A stretch of DNA of 64,000 nt. Source: Hormiphora californensis (Eukaryota > Animalia > Ctenophora). The stretch is taken from the NCBI GenBank assembly GCA_020137815.1, contig CM035350.1, positions 5,952,001 through 6,016,000 on the forward strand. Direction: 5' to 3'. Positions 11,075-26,500 of this stretch are shown here, piece by piece. The position numbers and the translations under genes were made by a program. Positions within the stretch are counted from its first letter, which is position 1. Each line of letters opens with the position of its first letter. Under the pieces are notes generated by a model. The model did not search any database. It saw nothing but the letters and a program-made list of their open reading frames with translations, and was not told the DNA's origin.

Positions 11075-11350
11075 TATAAATCTTTTTTATTGGTCTTTGT
11101 TAACTTTTTCGGAACGATTTGTGATCAAAATTATAGCTTTGTGTCCAAGTGTTGTGAAATTTTTGTATGGCCGGCTCTAGCCTCTAGTGACAAACTTGTT
11201 TAACTTCTGTCTGGCAGCGCCAGATACCGTCTTGATTCTCAATCAGTGCGCTCAAATGGGGTCTGCGGCGCCAGACAGTACCGTATTACATATGTATTTC
11301 TGGTAAATTTTTCTAGCTATTTAAAGACATCTTTCTTCCACTAGAAAGCG

Positions 11351-11944
11351 ATGGATGAGGATGCGTTATATCCAGCGTGTAATCCAGATTGGCCTATTCT
11401 GAAATTTATTGCAGTTGGACGTGGTGCGATGGGTAAAACCTGTATGCTGATTCGCTACTTTAAAAATGAATTCCCCGAGATATATTGCCCTACCGTTTTC
11501 GAAAATAATCTTAAACATGTAGAGTGTGATGGTGGAATGTATAACATATCATGTTGGGATACGGGCGGTGGTGGAGAAGACTATGATAGGCTACGACCTC
11601 TGTCTTATCCTGAAACCGATGCATTTCTGCTACTGAGTGCTGTGAATTGTAAAGACGAGTTTGAAAATATTGAATCTTATTGGTGGCCAGAGTTGAAGCA
11701 TCATTGTCCTGATGTTCCTGTGATTTTGGTGGGTTCAAAGGTGGACTTGAGGGATGAGAACAGTGTGAGTTTTGAGGAAGGTCGTCAGATGGCAGAAAGG
11801 ATCGGAGCAGCGTGCTACATGGAGTGTTCTTCAAAAGAGAATATTGGAGTCACCGAAGTTTTTCAAGAAGCGATTAGACTGGTTGGCGATTACCAAGCTA
11901 CCAAAAAGAACAAAAAGAAAAAGTTGAAATGTAACCTTTTATAA
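11351..11944 (+). CDS. Atypical Rho/Rac-family GTPase, copy 8
   Basis: GRGAMGKT, YCPTVFEN, WDTGGGGEDY, CNLL. Confidence 0.92.
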   Translation: MDEDALYPACNPDWPILKFIAVGRGAMGKTCMLIRYFKNEFPEIYCPTVFENNLKHVECDGGMYNISCWDTGGGGEDYDRLRPLSYPETDAFLLLSAVNCKDEFENIESYWWPELKHHCPDVPVILVGSKVDLRDENSVSFEEGRQMAERIGAACYMECSSKENIGVTEVFQEAIRLVGDYQATKKNKKKKLKCNLL

Positions 11945-12171
11945 AACCTTTTAAATAAAGAAATAAGTTTTTTTTAAGTAAAGAAATAAGTTTGTTAAAA
12001 ATATATTTGTTCGTGTGTCTTTTGTAAAGAATATTTTCTACCTGAAATGTTATTTTTAATCGTCTAGTTAGCGAATTTATCCCGAACAGCAGTGGAGCTC
12101 CACTTTCGCCTGATTCCATGTTTCATTTAAACTTCGCTTCTGCATTCTTTCAGCACATACAGGAGAACGAA

Positions 12172-12729
12172 ATGATATCGGATATCAAGACGATTTTTGT
12201 TGGTCATTGCAACATGGGGAAAACATCTCTTTTACTTCGATACCATTTGGGCACATTCCCCGACGAAAGAAACTCTATTTCGTTTGATAATTGTAAGCCA
12301 TCTCAGTTGAATGTCAAGGGGGAGACTGTTAATCTGGGGTGTTTTGATACTAGTGGTGGGGAGGATTATGAATCTCTTCGTCCATTGTCTTACCCGCAAA
12401 CTGATGTTTTTGTTCTTTTAGCAGCTATCGACAACTTAGAAAATTTAAAAGATACAGAAGAGTATTGGTGGCCAGAGTTGAAGCATCATTGTCCTGATGT
12501 TCCTGTGATTTTGGTGGGTTCAAAGGTGGACTTGAGGGATGAGAACAGTGTGAGTTTTGAAGAGGGTCGTCATATGGCAGAAAAGATCGGAGCAGCCTGC
12601 TATATGGAGTGTTCAGCTCTTAACGGAGAGGGGGTGAATGAGGTTTTCCAGAAAACTGCAGAAGTGGGCCTTGAGTACTTTTCAAATCTGCCAAAACCAA
12701 CGAAGAGAAAGCACTGCACAATTCTTTGA
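12172..12729 (+). CDS. Divergent Rho-family GTPase, copy 9
   Basis: GHCNMGKTS, DTSGGEDYESLRPLSYP, CTIL. The ATG at 12172 aligns with the paralogue starts better than 12118. Confidence 0.88.
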   Translation: MISDIKTIFVGHCNMGKTSLLLRYHLGTFPDERNSISFDNCKPSQLNVKGETVNLGCFDTSGGEDYESLRPLSYPQTDVFVLLAAIDNLENLKDTEEYWWPELKHHCPDVPVILVGSKVDLRDENSVSFEEGRHMAEKIGAACYMECSALNGEGVNEVFQKTAEVGLEYFSNLPKPTKRKHCTIL

Positions 12730-13608
12730 TTCTTTCTTGTAAAAACAAAGCAATCGTTTGTTAATCAAGTAACAATTGTTTGTGCCTAATATGCCTCATC
12801 TTGCCTAGCTAGACTCTGTTTCGCGGAGGGTTAGAACATAACAAGCCTTACCGTAAACTTTCTTAGTTAGCGGTATGTCTTCTGAACCAGGGGACTCGAC
12901 ACGGTTTTGCATCCTTGGCACACAGGCAAAACAACTCTCTGCTTAAGGGTACACCTGGCGTTTTTCATCATCGAGTGCCCAACCAAATGACTTCACCAGG
13001 GTTTAGGCCATACAAAATGGACCTCAAATATGCAATTTTAGCCCTAAATTCGAATTCATATTTTTGCTACAGCCTATTTTCAAAGTGGCGTTTTTTCAAA
13101 TTTTGTTGGATTTTTTAACCTCAGGACCACTTTTTTTGAGATAGAAACATTAAATTCTTGGAATTTGAAGAGAATGTAAAGGTGAATAAGCCCAAAGAAG
13201 GATTTTTGAAATGGAGCTTATTTCTGGCCATGAGAACGGTTTACTTTTTTGCTTCTTTGACACGCTGGCTGAGAATGTTCCCATGCTTCATTAGAGATGA
13301 AAATCTGGAAATAGTTGCTCAAAACGATTATCTATGTGGCCCAAAAATTTTGGAACTTTCCCGCCAAAGATGTGGTGTACAGAGCTTGTTTTGTGAAACC
13401 CGTCTTTTTGAAAAAGAGGGGAATTCTCTGTATCTCAAAAACGGATGATCGTAGAGACCTGCGACCAAGCTTAATCGATTCAGAAGGTCCGATTTTGGGG
13501 GAGTCTTCTGAGAGACATTTTGCTCCTACTCCAACCGTTTTTGCTGTAATTGCGAAAAAGGTATCAGCAAGTAAGGGGGAAATCAGCCCGAAGCAGGCTA
13601 CTGGAATA

Positions 13609-14179
13609 TTTTGTAGCTCACGTCCCCACGATCGCCCTGTCTGTACTCTCACAAAATGTATTGTCTGTCCTTTGATCACCAGTGACAAGTATGATTGCAG
13701 AATAAAGGGTGTTGTATATAGAGTTAAGTGCGAGCTATGCCAAGAGTTCTATGTGGGTGAGACCGCACGCCCAATACATGACCGGATGCTAGAACATCGG
13801 CGGGCGGCGATCAACCCCACATCAACATCATACCAGAACAATGCATTTGCGACACACTATAAAGAGACACACGAGGGTAGTACCCCTATTTTAAGTTTGG
13901 AAATACTGAAATCGAATCTTTCGAGAACTATACAGAGAAAGATTAGTGAAGCTGATTTCATACAACAACTGAAACCTACTCTGAACAACAAGAAAGAGTG
14001 TGAGAGTGCTCTAGGCTTCCTAGTCAGTAATAGTTGATAAGTCCTAGAGTACTCGTCATAGCTCTGTGTATAGTACAATCTGAATTTATGTATATCTGAT
14101 CCGATGTGAGAATGAGTGAGAGAGAGGGGGAGAGAGTGAGAGATAGAGTTTGTGAGTTGAGTAGAGAGAGTAAGTGAGA

Positions 14180-14261
<82 letters not shown>

Positions 14262-14491
14262 TATAGAGAGTGAGAGTGAGAGAGATAGAGAGTACGTGAT
14301 TGTTTTGATATGAATTTCGATTTTGATTCCTATTCCTAATATGTTCTATTTTTAGCTACTACTGATGATGGTGTTAAACACCGAAATATCTGGTTTCATC
14401 CAATAATATCCAGCGAGTCTAACTTGTCCAATAAACACAAGAACTATTATCAATCATGAGACTCAAGAATAGTCAAGCGCTACATTATTTG
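13609..14491 (+). mobile_element. 5'-truncated Penelope-like retroelement (GIY-YIG endonuclease end plus 3' region)
   Basis: GVVYRVKCELCQEFYVGETARPIHDRMLEH...RKISEA.FIQQLKPTLN; 10-bp TSD TACTGGAATA at 13599-13608 and 14492-14501. Confidence 0.85.
14358..14394 (+). ncRNA. Minimal type I hammerhead ribozyme motif of the Penelope-like element
   Basis: acta-CTGATGA-t-ggtgt/taa/acacc-GAA-ATAT-C-tggt: core boxes, stem II, short palindromic stem III and 4-bp stem I. Confidence 0.6.
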
Positions 14492-15987
14492 TACTGGAAT
14501 AGAGTTGTTCCCCCTTTTCATAGAATTGGTTTTTTGCAATTACAGCAAAAACGGTTGGAGTAGGAGCAAAATGTCTCTCAGAAGACCCCCCCAAAATCGG
14601 ACCTTCTGAATCGATTAAGCCTGGTCACAGGCCTCTACGATCATCCGTTTTTGAGATACAGGGAATTTCCCTCTTTTTCAAAAAGACGGGTTTCACAAAA
14701 CAAGCTCTGTACACCACATCTTTGGCGGGAAAGTTCCAAAATTTTTGGGCCACATAGATAATCGTTTTGAGCAACTATTTCCAGATTTTCATCTCTAATG
14801 AAGCATGGGAACATTCTCAGCCAGCGTGTCAAAGAAGCAAAAAAGTAAACCGTTCTCATGGCCAGAAATAAGCTCCATTTCAAAAATCCTTCTTTGGGCT
14901 TATATTCACCTTTACATTCTCTTCAAATTCCAAGAATTTAATGTTTCTATCTCAAAAAAAGTGGTCCTGAGGTTAAAAAATCCAACAAAATTTGAAAAAA
15001 CGCCACTTTGAAAATAGGCTGTAGCAAAAATATGAATTCGACTTTAGGGCTAAAATTGCATATTTGTGGTCCATTTTGTATGGCCTAAACCCTGGTGAAG
15101 TCATTTGGTTGGGCACTCGATGATGAAAAACGCCAGGTGTACCCTTAACCCTCGCTAACGAAGCACCACCAAATCCGGAGTACCTGCCCGCTGTTTTCTC
15201 TACAAACAATCATGTAATTGTCAAAGACATGCCTTTAGAATTTCTTGATGTTAGCGCTCTACGCTGGGATCGAATCGCCGAGGAACGTCCTATCTATTTA
15301 CCGTTCGTGTTGGACAAGGCGAGACTTGCAGTCATAACATTCTGCGTTACAGATACTTTATCATATAGGAGTGATGTCAAGAAGATGGTGGATGCTGTTA
15401 GGACTCACAAGCCCCGGGAATGGATTCCTATTGTCCTGGTTGCTACCAAAACAGATCTTCGCGGCAAAGGTTGTGATACAGTCTCTGAGATTCAGGGTCG
15501 GTCATTGAGTCGGAAAGTGGGAGCACGGGCGTATTTTGAAGTTTCGGTTGTTGATGGTGGTGTACCTGCCGTTCAACACTTGTTTGAACAAGTCGTTGAG
15601 ATATTAGAAGAATCTAACAGTGTGAGATATCATGGTGGTCGTCGGTGCTGTGTGTTATAACATGTGTGTGTACCTCGCAGTGGGTGTCTGGGATTGTTTT
15701 TGTTTCGGGATGAAAATAGCTTTTAAGTGCGAATGCATCACACACACACATTATCCCACACGGCGATCTCCCACCGGTTGTTTCTAATGTAAACACACAC
15801 ACCAAATCAACCAGACACATGTGTGAATGATCTGTAGTGAAATGCGAATTCATACCAAGCCAATAATGTTTTTTAATCCCCAAAAGTTTATAGTTATACC
15901 ACGAAGAATTATCCCCTTTTAACTCAAACACATAAACTCTTGTCGAACAAGGCAAATAAACTCTATCTTTTTACATATAGCTGCAGA

Positions 15988-16959
15988 ATGGCAAACTTGA
16001 AGTGTGTTTGTGTGGGTGATGGAGCAGTGGGTAAAACTTGTCTTCTCATCTCGTACGCTCAGGATCGCTTCCCTACCGAATACATTCCCACTATATTTGA
16101 CACTTACACCAAGATTCTATCTATGGATGAGGAGGGGATTGGAATTGTAAATCTCAATCTGTGGGATACTGCTGGTGAGCTTATCATCTTTAAAGAGTTT
16201 TGTAGTTTACTGAAAATAGGGTGACATAAAGTCCTCCGTGAGTAAAAAGCGTGTTTGTCCGTGGAGTAGTTTCGACTTTCGAGATTCGTAATTCACTTTC
16301 GGGTTTTGTGTCCGTCTGATGTGATGTAATGCAGTTACCCTTTAACAATGATTTCATACAGGACAGGAGGAATTCAGTACCCAGAGATCGTACGCCTACC
16401 CTGGTACAGATGTGATTCTTATCTGCTTTGCAGTGAACTCTCGGGCCAGTTACAATAACGTCAAAAGCCAGTGGGAAAAAGAGGTACATTATACATGAGA
16501 TGGTTAATTGTATCGATAACATTGAATTTCTTCCAGAGTACATTTTGATTAATGAAACTTCAAAGAAACTAAATTCAGAACAACCCAACATTGTTTTGCA
16601 GGTGAAGAGTTTTGCACCGAGCACACCATTTATTCTGGTGGGGTTGCAGTGTGATAGGAGGGAGAGCGAGGCTGAGAATACTCTTATTTCAATTGCGGAA
16701 GGGTACTCCCTTCAGCAACAGGTGGGTTAATCAGCAGGGTGATTTAGAAGTTTTTGTTGAACCTAGTATCTTTTTTATTCTAACGACTCTGTTTCCATAT
16801 ATCTAAGATATTGTGTTATTCTTCTAGATCGGGGCTCTCAAGTATGCAGAGGTTTCATCACTCAAGATGATTGGAGTGGAGGCACTGTTCAGAGATGCAA
16901 TAATTGCAGCTGTTAAGGGACCGGAAGAGAAAAAGAAGTCATGTTGTACACTCTTGTAA
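15988..16959 (+). CDS. Rac/Cdc42-like GTPase, copy 11 (exons 15988-16174, 16362-16483, 16602-16721, 16828-16959)
   Basis: [20 protein letters not shown]^QEEF, CTLL; GT-AG introns keep the frame. Confidence 0.88.
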
Positions 16960-17174
16960 AGAAACTAAATTGGGAATGTTTTTAACCTCTTTTTAGTTCT
17001 TTTTAGTAGCATTTTATGTTTATTTTAGTATTTGTTAGCATATTGTCATCTTGTATCTTATTTGTGTCTGATTTTTGCATGAAGTTTATAAATTTATAAA
17101 TTTTGTTATTGTACTTGTGTAAATAGAGTTATGAATATGGTATTTTATTAACAAATCAATTATAATTTACTGTA

Positions 17175-17208
<34 letters not shown>

Positions 17209-17350
17209 TCTTTCCCTCTTATTTTTCTCACCTTTCTTATTCATGCAGCACCTGGATAAATGCACAGTGTACTGTTTTCTACTTTTCCTACTAGCCAATT
17301 AGTTAGTGTAAAATGTAAATCCCCCTTCTCTCCCTGTGTAGGGATGTACA

Positions 17351-19140
17351 ATGGCGGAGAGACAAGTGAAATGCGTTGTCGTGGGGGATGGCAATGTTGG
17401 TAAGCACTTTGTTTTGATTTTTTGATTGTTTGTTTGATTGTTTGTTTGATTGTTTGTTTGATTGTTTGTTTGATTGTTTGTTTGTTTGCATGTTTGTTTG
17501 TTTGTTTGTTTGTTTGTTTGTTTGTTTGTTTGTTTGTTTGTTTGTTTGTTTGTTTGTTTGTTTGTTTGTTTGTTTGTTTGTTTGTTTGTTTGTTTGTTTG
17601 TGTGTTTGTTTTTCATGTAGTATGTCCTACTAACCATGCAATTATTCCTTTGTCACTGTGAGTGTCATTGGAAGAAAGTACACACAGTGCTGCTTGTAGT
17701 CGTATTACCGTAATGAAAATACAGTAAGAAGACGCGCACGTTGCATAACACGCGGCAAAAAGTGCATGTGTTCAGCACGTACTAGCGCCCTGATTGGTCA
17801 CGGTTGCGTGTCGTCTTACTGTATCTCGGTTTTCCATTACCGTTTTCCCACTACAAGCGACCGTGACAGACTCATGTTACAACTGTGTGAGGATTATGTG
17901 TTACTTGCAGCAGGTACATAGTACCAGTAGCTACATAGTACCACATAATACCACGTAGCTAATACTAATAGCTATTACAGTACCAGTATTACCATTAACT
18001 ATAGTAGTACCGTTACTACCAATAGTACCATGATACCAGTACGAGTCCGACCTGCCACTCTCATTCCATGTTCTAACAACCCCCCCCCCCCATTATAAGG
18101 TAAAACATGCATGCTGATATCATACTGCACGGACGCCTTCCCGGGAGAATACCGACCCACTATATTTGATAACTACACCACCACTGTCAAGTTCCAGGGA
18201 GCCAACGTCAAATTGGACCTATGGGATACCGCTGGTGAGCGATAACTTGTTACGTTTATTGTGTATGTAATCCGACCTGATAACGCCTGTTTGTGAACTG
18301 TGTGCGTCATTAAACAGGACTAGTAACATATCAACTTGTTATTGCATCAAGTACCCCATATAGCAGGCAAACTAGACTTGTTATGTTCTAACATAGTCTA
18401 GCTAGGCAGGTAGTTGAGTAGCAATAACCATCCATGTTTCTAACTACCTTGTAACTTGTTGAGTAACCACTCATCAACTTGTAACAGGACAAGCGGAGTA
18501 CGATCGGTTACGGCCCCGAAGCTACCCTGAATCGGATGTGTTTCTTATTATCTACTCGATCAGTTCACAAGCTAGCTATAACAATGTTCGCCTAAAGTGG
18601 AACATAGAGGTATAACTATGATAATACGGATACCCAATACCCAGCAATGTGCAGCTGAAATCTCGATACAGCTCTAGAAGCTTCTACTACGTATGATTTC
18701 AAACCCAAAAACCTGCGTTTTAGCTGAAACAATATTTCACCGCACAGGTTGCCCACCACTGTCCCGGAGTGCCCGTTATTCTGGTTGCCGCTAAGAAAGA
18801 TTTGAGGAACTCAGACCCAGAATGTATCTCAACACGGGACGGCCAAGACCTTGCTAAAGAGGTACGTGTTGCCATGGGAACCCCTCACTCTTTCATTCTT
18901 CCTCCGAATCATAATATATCATCACCTCCATTACACAAGTTAACAGGTATACCTGCTTGTTTGGGTACAGCTATAATAATTATGAACCCATGTCCCATTT
19001 CTTTTCAGATAAGAGCTACCACGTTTATGGAGTGTTCCGCCCTCACATCTGATGGACTAGCTGAGGTGTTTCTCAAGGCCATCGATGTCGTCATTAATCC
19101 GGTGAAAAAGGAGAAGAAGAGCACGTGCAGATTGCTGTGA
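17351..19140 (+). CDS. Rac-like GTPase, copy 12 (exons 17351-17399, 18100-18234, 18488-18609, 18748-18861, 19009-19140)
   Basis: [22 protein letters not shown]^[19 protein letters not shown]; three intron positions shared with copy 11. Confidence 0.9.
17420..17600. repeat. (TTTG)n microsatellite in an intron
   Basis: Direct tetranucleotide run. Confidence 0.95.
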
Positions 19141-19973
19141 TGACAGATACCTTAAGTCACGTGACATAGTGTGACATGAGATCACCTAACGATGGACTAA
19201 GACGTAACGCGCGGGGACAATACTGTGCTATCCCATGTGCTGATAGACTTCAGAAAGCGCGCGCGGAGGTCGTTTTGTTTGTTTGTCATGACTGGGCTGT
19301 CTGGTGCCGCCAACCCAATCTGAGAGTGAGCGCACTGTCATTGTCAAATTGGGTTCTGGCGCCGCCAGACAGTTTGTGTGTGTGTCTGTGCGGAGTCGGA
19401 AACTGACTTGTTTGAGCAGCGTGTAAATGTAAAGTTTGCAAATGTATAACGTGTATAAATTCAATGGCCATGGGGAGATTTATTATTTTGTAGTTTTTTA
19501 CCTTTTTACCGGACAATTATAACTGTATTTGTGTCATGAATTGTATTTCATTTTTTAGTTTCATGAATATATGAATTAGTTTTGTCTTGTAGTGATACCG
19601 CTAGAGCGTTATAAACAGAGAAGTTTGTCCAATAAAATTGGCTAGTGCCTGCGCTTGATCATCGATTTGGCTTGTTATGTTCTAACCCTTCCTTTGCATT
19701 TGTGTTTCGGGGCGGGGCGCCCGAAACACAGTCTAGCTTGGCAACGATTTGGCATGGTTCTTCAAGAAGAAATTGTCAAACTCTTTGTCATAGATTGGGC
19801 AAACTTCTCGCTTTATTAAAAGGCACCAAATTAAAATATTTCTGAAAAAAATAGATTCACAAAACCAAATTTAGCTAATAAACTAAACAAGGCAACAAAA
19901 TAAACAACAACTAATCAATAAATATCAATACACACGACATCAGTAAAAACTGTCTGTGAACCACTGTAATTCA

Positions 19974-23218
<3,245 letters not shown>

Positions 23219-23527
23219 TTTGCGTATAATATGAACCACAATTCCATCAGATGTCACGGCGGCTAGTCAACTTGTTATCTTGGGGGAGGTGTGCCTCTAT
23301 ATGCAGCTCCACATATGAAAAGCAACGAACACTTCCGTAGAACATGCTATACTTGCATTGATAGCACAAATGTGAGTTATATTGTTCCGATAAGCAGGGC
23401 GGTTTTACAAAATCTTCTCACAATGCAATTACAAGGGGGAATATAATAATAACATTTTACAGGAATAGCACGAGTTGGTTGGTAGTATAAGTTTCAGGTG
23501 CTACAGAGATAATCTTACATTTACAAA

Positions 23528-26500
23528 TTAACATTTTAGTTGGGAGTGACAGAGAGTTTCTTGCGTACGTTGAACAAACAACACAAGAAGCGTGTAGCGT
23601 CGTAGACACGTCCCTGGTCAGTGCTTTCTAGAGAACCTAGAGACGGGAGAATGGAGACGTTATATTCGGACTGAAATATACCCGAACGAAAAACTTATCT
23701 CAAAAAGATAGGTGCGAGGACAACATACCAAAATATTCAGTAAGATGTTTCTGAGAGAACTTCCACACGTTCCCTCGTCCCAAGATAGCCTGTAGCCTTG
23801 TTTCAGAGATGTAAGGTGCTCCGTCGGTAATAATGGCTAAGTTGTGTTCTAGTTCATCCCTCAGCTCACAGTCGGGACCCTCCGTTAGGAGAGACATGAG
23901 TCCTTTACCAAGCCGACCATAGGGGTCAATCTGTAGGGAATAAGTATCGTGGGTATAAATAAGTATAATAGGGGGATAGGGGGTAACGAATGATATTGGA
24001 AAATGATGCTGAATATCACAGAGATCCGTCTGATTGTGTCACACTAACGTGTCGTGAGGCGTCCTGTTTGGCGATAAGAACTCTTGATGCTAACACTGGT
24101 CCCTTATTGTCAGAGTGGTTTGAACAGCTTGACGGCCTGCAAATTGGAAACGAGTATTACAGATATATGGTTCAGTTATATTAATACCTGCTTATACAAT
24201 GTATACAGCAAGGAATATTTGAAAAGAACCTAAAATCCATCATTACCGTTTTATTTGCAGAGCAACATCGACCTTTAGCAGTTCCAGGAAGAGAAGGCAG
24301 TGGTTCCAACACTCCATTAGAGATCTTACTCTTGGTGTAGTGACACCCCTAGGGGAGAGGGGAGCTGTTTGAAAAGGCGGAGATTCGGAGAACTCATTCA
24401 GTGATCGAGGGGACTGTCATGTTGGTTACCTAGAGTGTATTGGCTGTGCTAACTCAAAGAGAATTCCTCCCTTTTCTTCCTTCAAGGCGGCCAGCCACTG
24501 AGTGAGGTAGGTACACTGACTGAGCCATCTTGTAGTGTCACCAGGTGATTGGGCTATCTGAAGCACATCGGGAGATGGAATATATGAAGTGTCTAAAACC
24601 CCACGGATACTTTGTTTTGTATGTAGTACCTACGTCAAACAATAGCTTTTAAACCCTGAATTTACAGTTTTATCACAAGACCTCACGAGTTATACCTTTT
24701 TGATGTGATGCAGAAGGACACTGGATATGTTATCGAGTTCAGCTGTTAGGGCGGTACGGTCCTCCGACTGTAGAGCTGCTACGGCACCTCTCTGTTGGGC
24801 AAGCCAGGCTTCTGTGTTACGAAGCTTCTGTAGTGTATTCTCCCAGTGCAGTGTGACACTCTTTACTGATTTACCTAGGGGATGTTGAATTGTTGAGAGA
24901 TTGGAGAGGTTCATTGATTCATTGAAGGGGTTGTCAAATCATACTTAGTACTTACTGGTGTACATGTTTTCTAATTTGTGAGCAGTTGATCGTTTAGAAG
25001 CAAAGAACTCCTCCAGGGAATAAATGAGATCAAGATCTTTTGCGGCCATGAAAAGCTTCTCTGTGGCATCTCCTAGATGTCGTACAGCAGCATCGTGATC
25101 ATTGAGAGTCGTTATGGCGGGTCGGAGGGAGAAGTAGTTGTAGAATCGGTGCAGTTCACCCTCTACATCGTTCAATAGGGTAGCTTGACTTCGCAGGCAC
25201 ATTTCAACTTCATCTGCTTCTTTCTGTTGTAGTGAGTGCAGGATTGTGTACTTTTATTAAAAGAACAGCTTCGCGCGCGACGGTGGGCGCTTTGGATTTC
25301 CAAGAAATTGGGCTTGTGCGCCATTTTCCGCCGCGGGGAGAACGACCGGTTCTTTTTACAACGTACCTCGAACCGTTGGAGATTGGTTTGAACGGATTCG
25401 ACCTCTCTTTCCAAAACATTCAACTCTTCCTTTCGTTCGGTGTGGTTTCTAACCAAATTCCGTAGCTCTTCCTCTCCCACAGTTTCAGTCAAGGTTGAGA
25501 GCATCAGAAGCATTGTCTTGCAGACCTAGGTATATTGAAAAAAAAACGGGTAAAATCGCTGAAATTCAACACAGCTATTCTGTTTCTCACCTCTTTCATT
25601 CGTGGTAATCCTTTGTTAAATTGCTTGACAAGTTTTTTGTTTGCTTCAATTTCTGATTTGTTGAATCGGCAGGATGCTGGGTCGGGTATTTCATTTGCCC
25701 AGTGGTCCGTCCAGTGTTTAACCAGGTTACTTTGCTTGTAGAATTGAACTGTAAAATCGTACCTCATTTGTTCTCGCTTTCCCAACTCGGTCACCTTGGT
25801 CTCTATACGGTACTGAAATGTGTAAATGGTACAGTCATCCCAAAATACCCCACTGCATCACTGGCCCATCACACTTCTTAGTTCTAAGGTGGAGCAACAC
25901 TTACCGTCCACTGAAGGAGTGTCCTGAAACAGTGATCCAGATTTGCCATGCTGTGTTTCCCCGACACTACCGTCGTCTTGCCAGCCCTCCAAAACAGGGA
26001 ATTCAAGTTGACTGAGGCCGTCAGTTGTGAGATGGTAGTAAAGTGTGTCAGATGATCAGCTAGTGCATCTCTTCTCAGGTCACCGAAACAACTATCTGAA
26101 CCATGTTTATAGGACGGGTCACATATCTCCCTGTAAAGGTCTTGGGCCTCCTTGATTCGGCTCTGTAGTAGATTATAGTACACCTCACTAAGCCGTCCCA
26201 AACGACGCTGATTCTCTTCCTCGCTCTTCATGCGTGTTAGGATATCCTCGAGTTTTCCCAGATTTCCCCTAACCGGCTGAAAGGATAATATCGCTTGGTT
26301 ATTGGTTGGGGGAAGACGATCTTACCGGCTACTTCACTATTGATTTGGGGAAGACGATCCTAGTATCCTACCAGCTAGTTTGTTATAACAATTGATTTGG
26401 GGAAGACCCATATCGCCGGAAGGAGGTACCTACCTTTGTTTTGTGTGATTGAGCAGCTCGGAAGATTTCCGCACAATACAGCAAGTGAACAAAGTGGTAT

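Larger units (their letters stand above)
12947..15144. mobile_element. Kolobok-type non-autonomous DNA transposon with about 610-bp TIRs
   Basis: 12947-13559 is the reverse complement of 14531-15144; GGG...CCC termini; TTAA TSD at 12943-12946 and 15145-15148. Confidence 0.88.
12875..15660 (+). pseudogene. Very divergent Rho-like GTPase, copy 10, split by a 2.2-kb TIR element and frameshifted in the P-loop
   Basis: Removing 12947-15148 gives ..GKTTLCLTLANEAPPNPEYLPAVF..FLDVSA..TKTDLR..YFEVS..RRCCVL. The upstream FCILG is out of frame with GKT. Confidence 0.75.

Noticed and set aside
13315-14037. 240-aa ORF as a transposase or novel GIY-YIG fusion of the TIR element
   Set aside because: The N-terminal part is TIR sequence read in frame by chance; the GIY-YIG part is bounded by its own 10-bp TSD.
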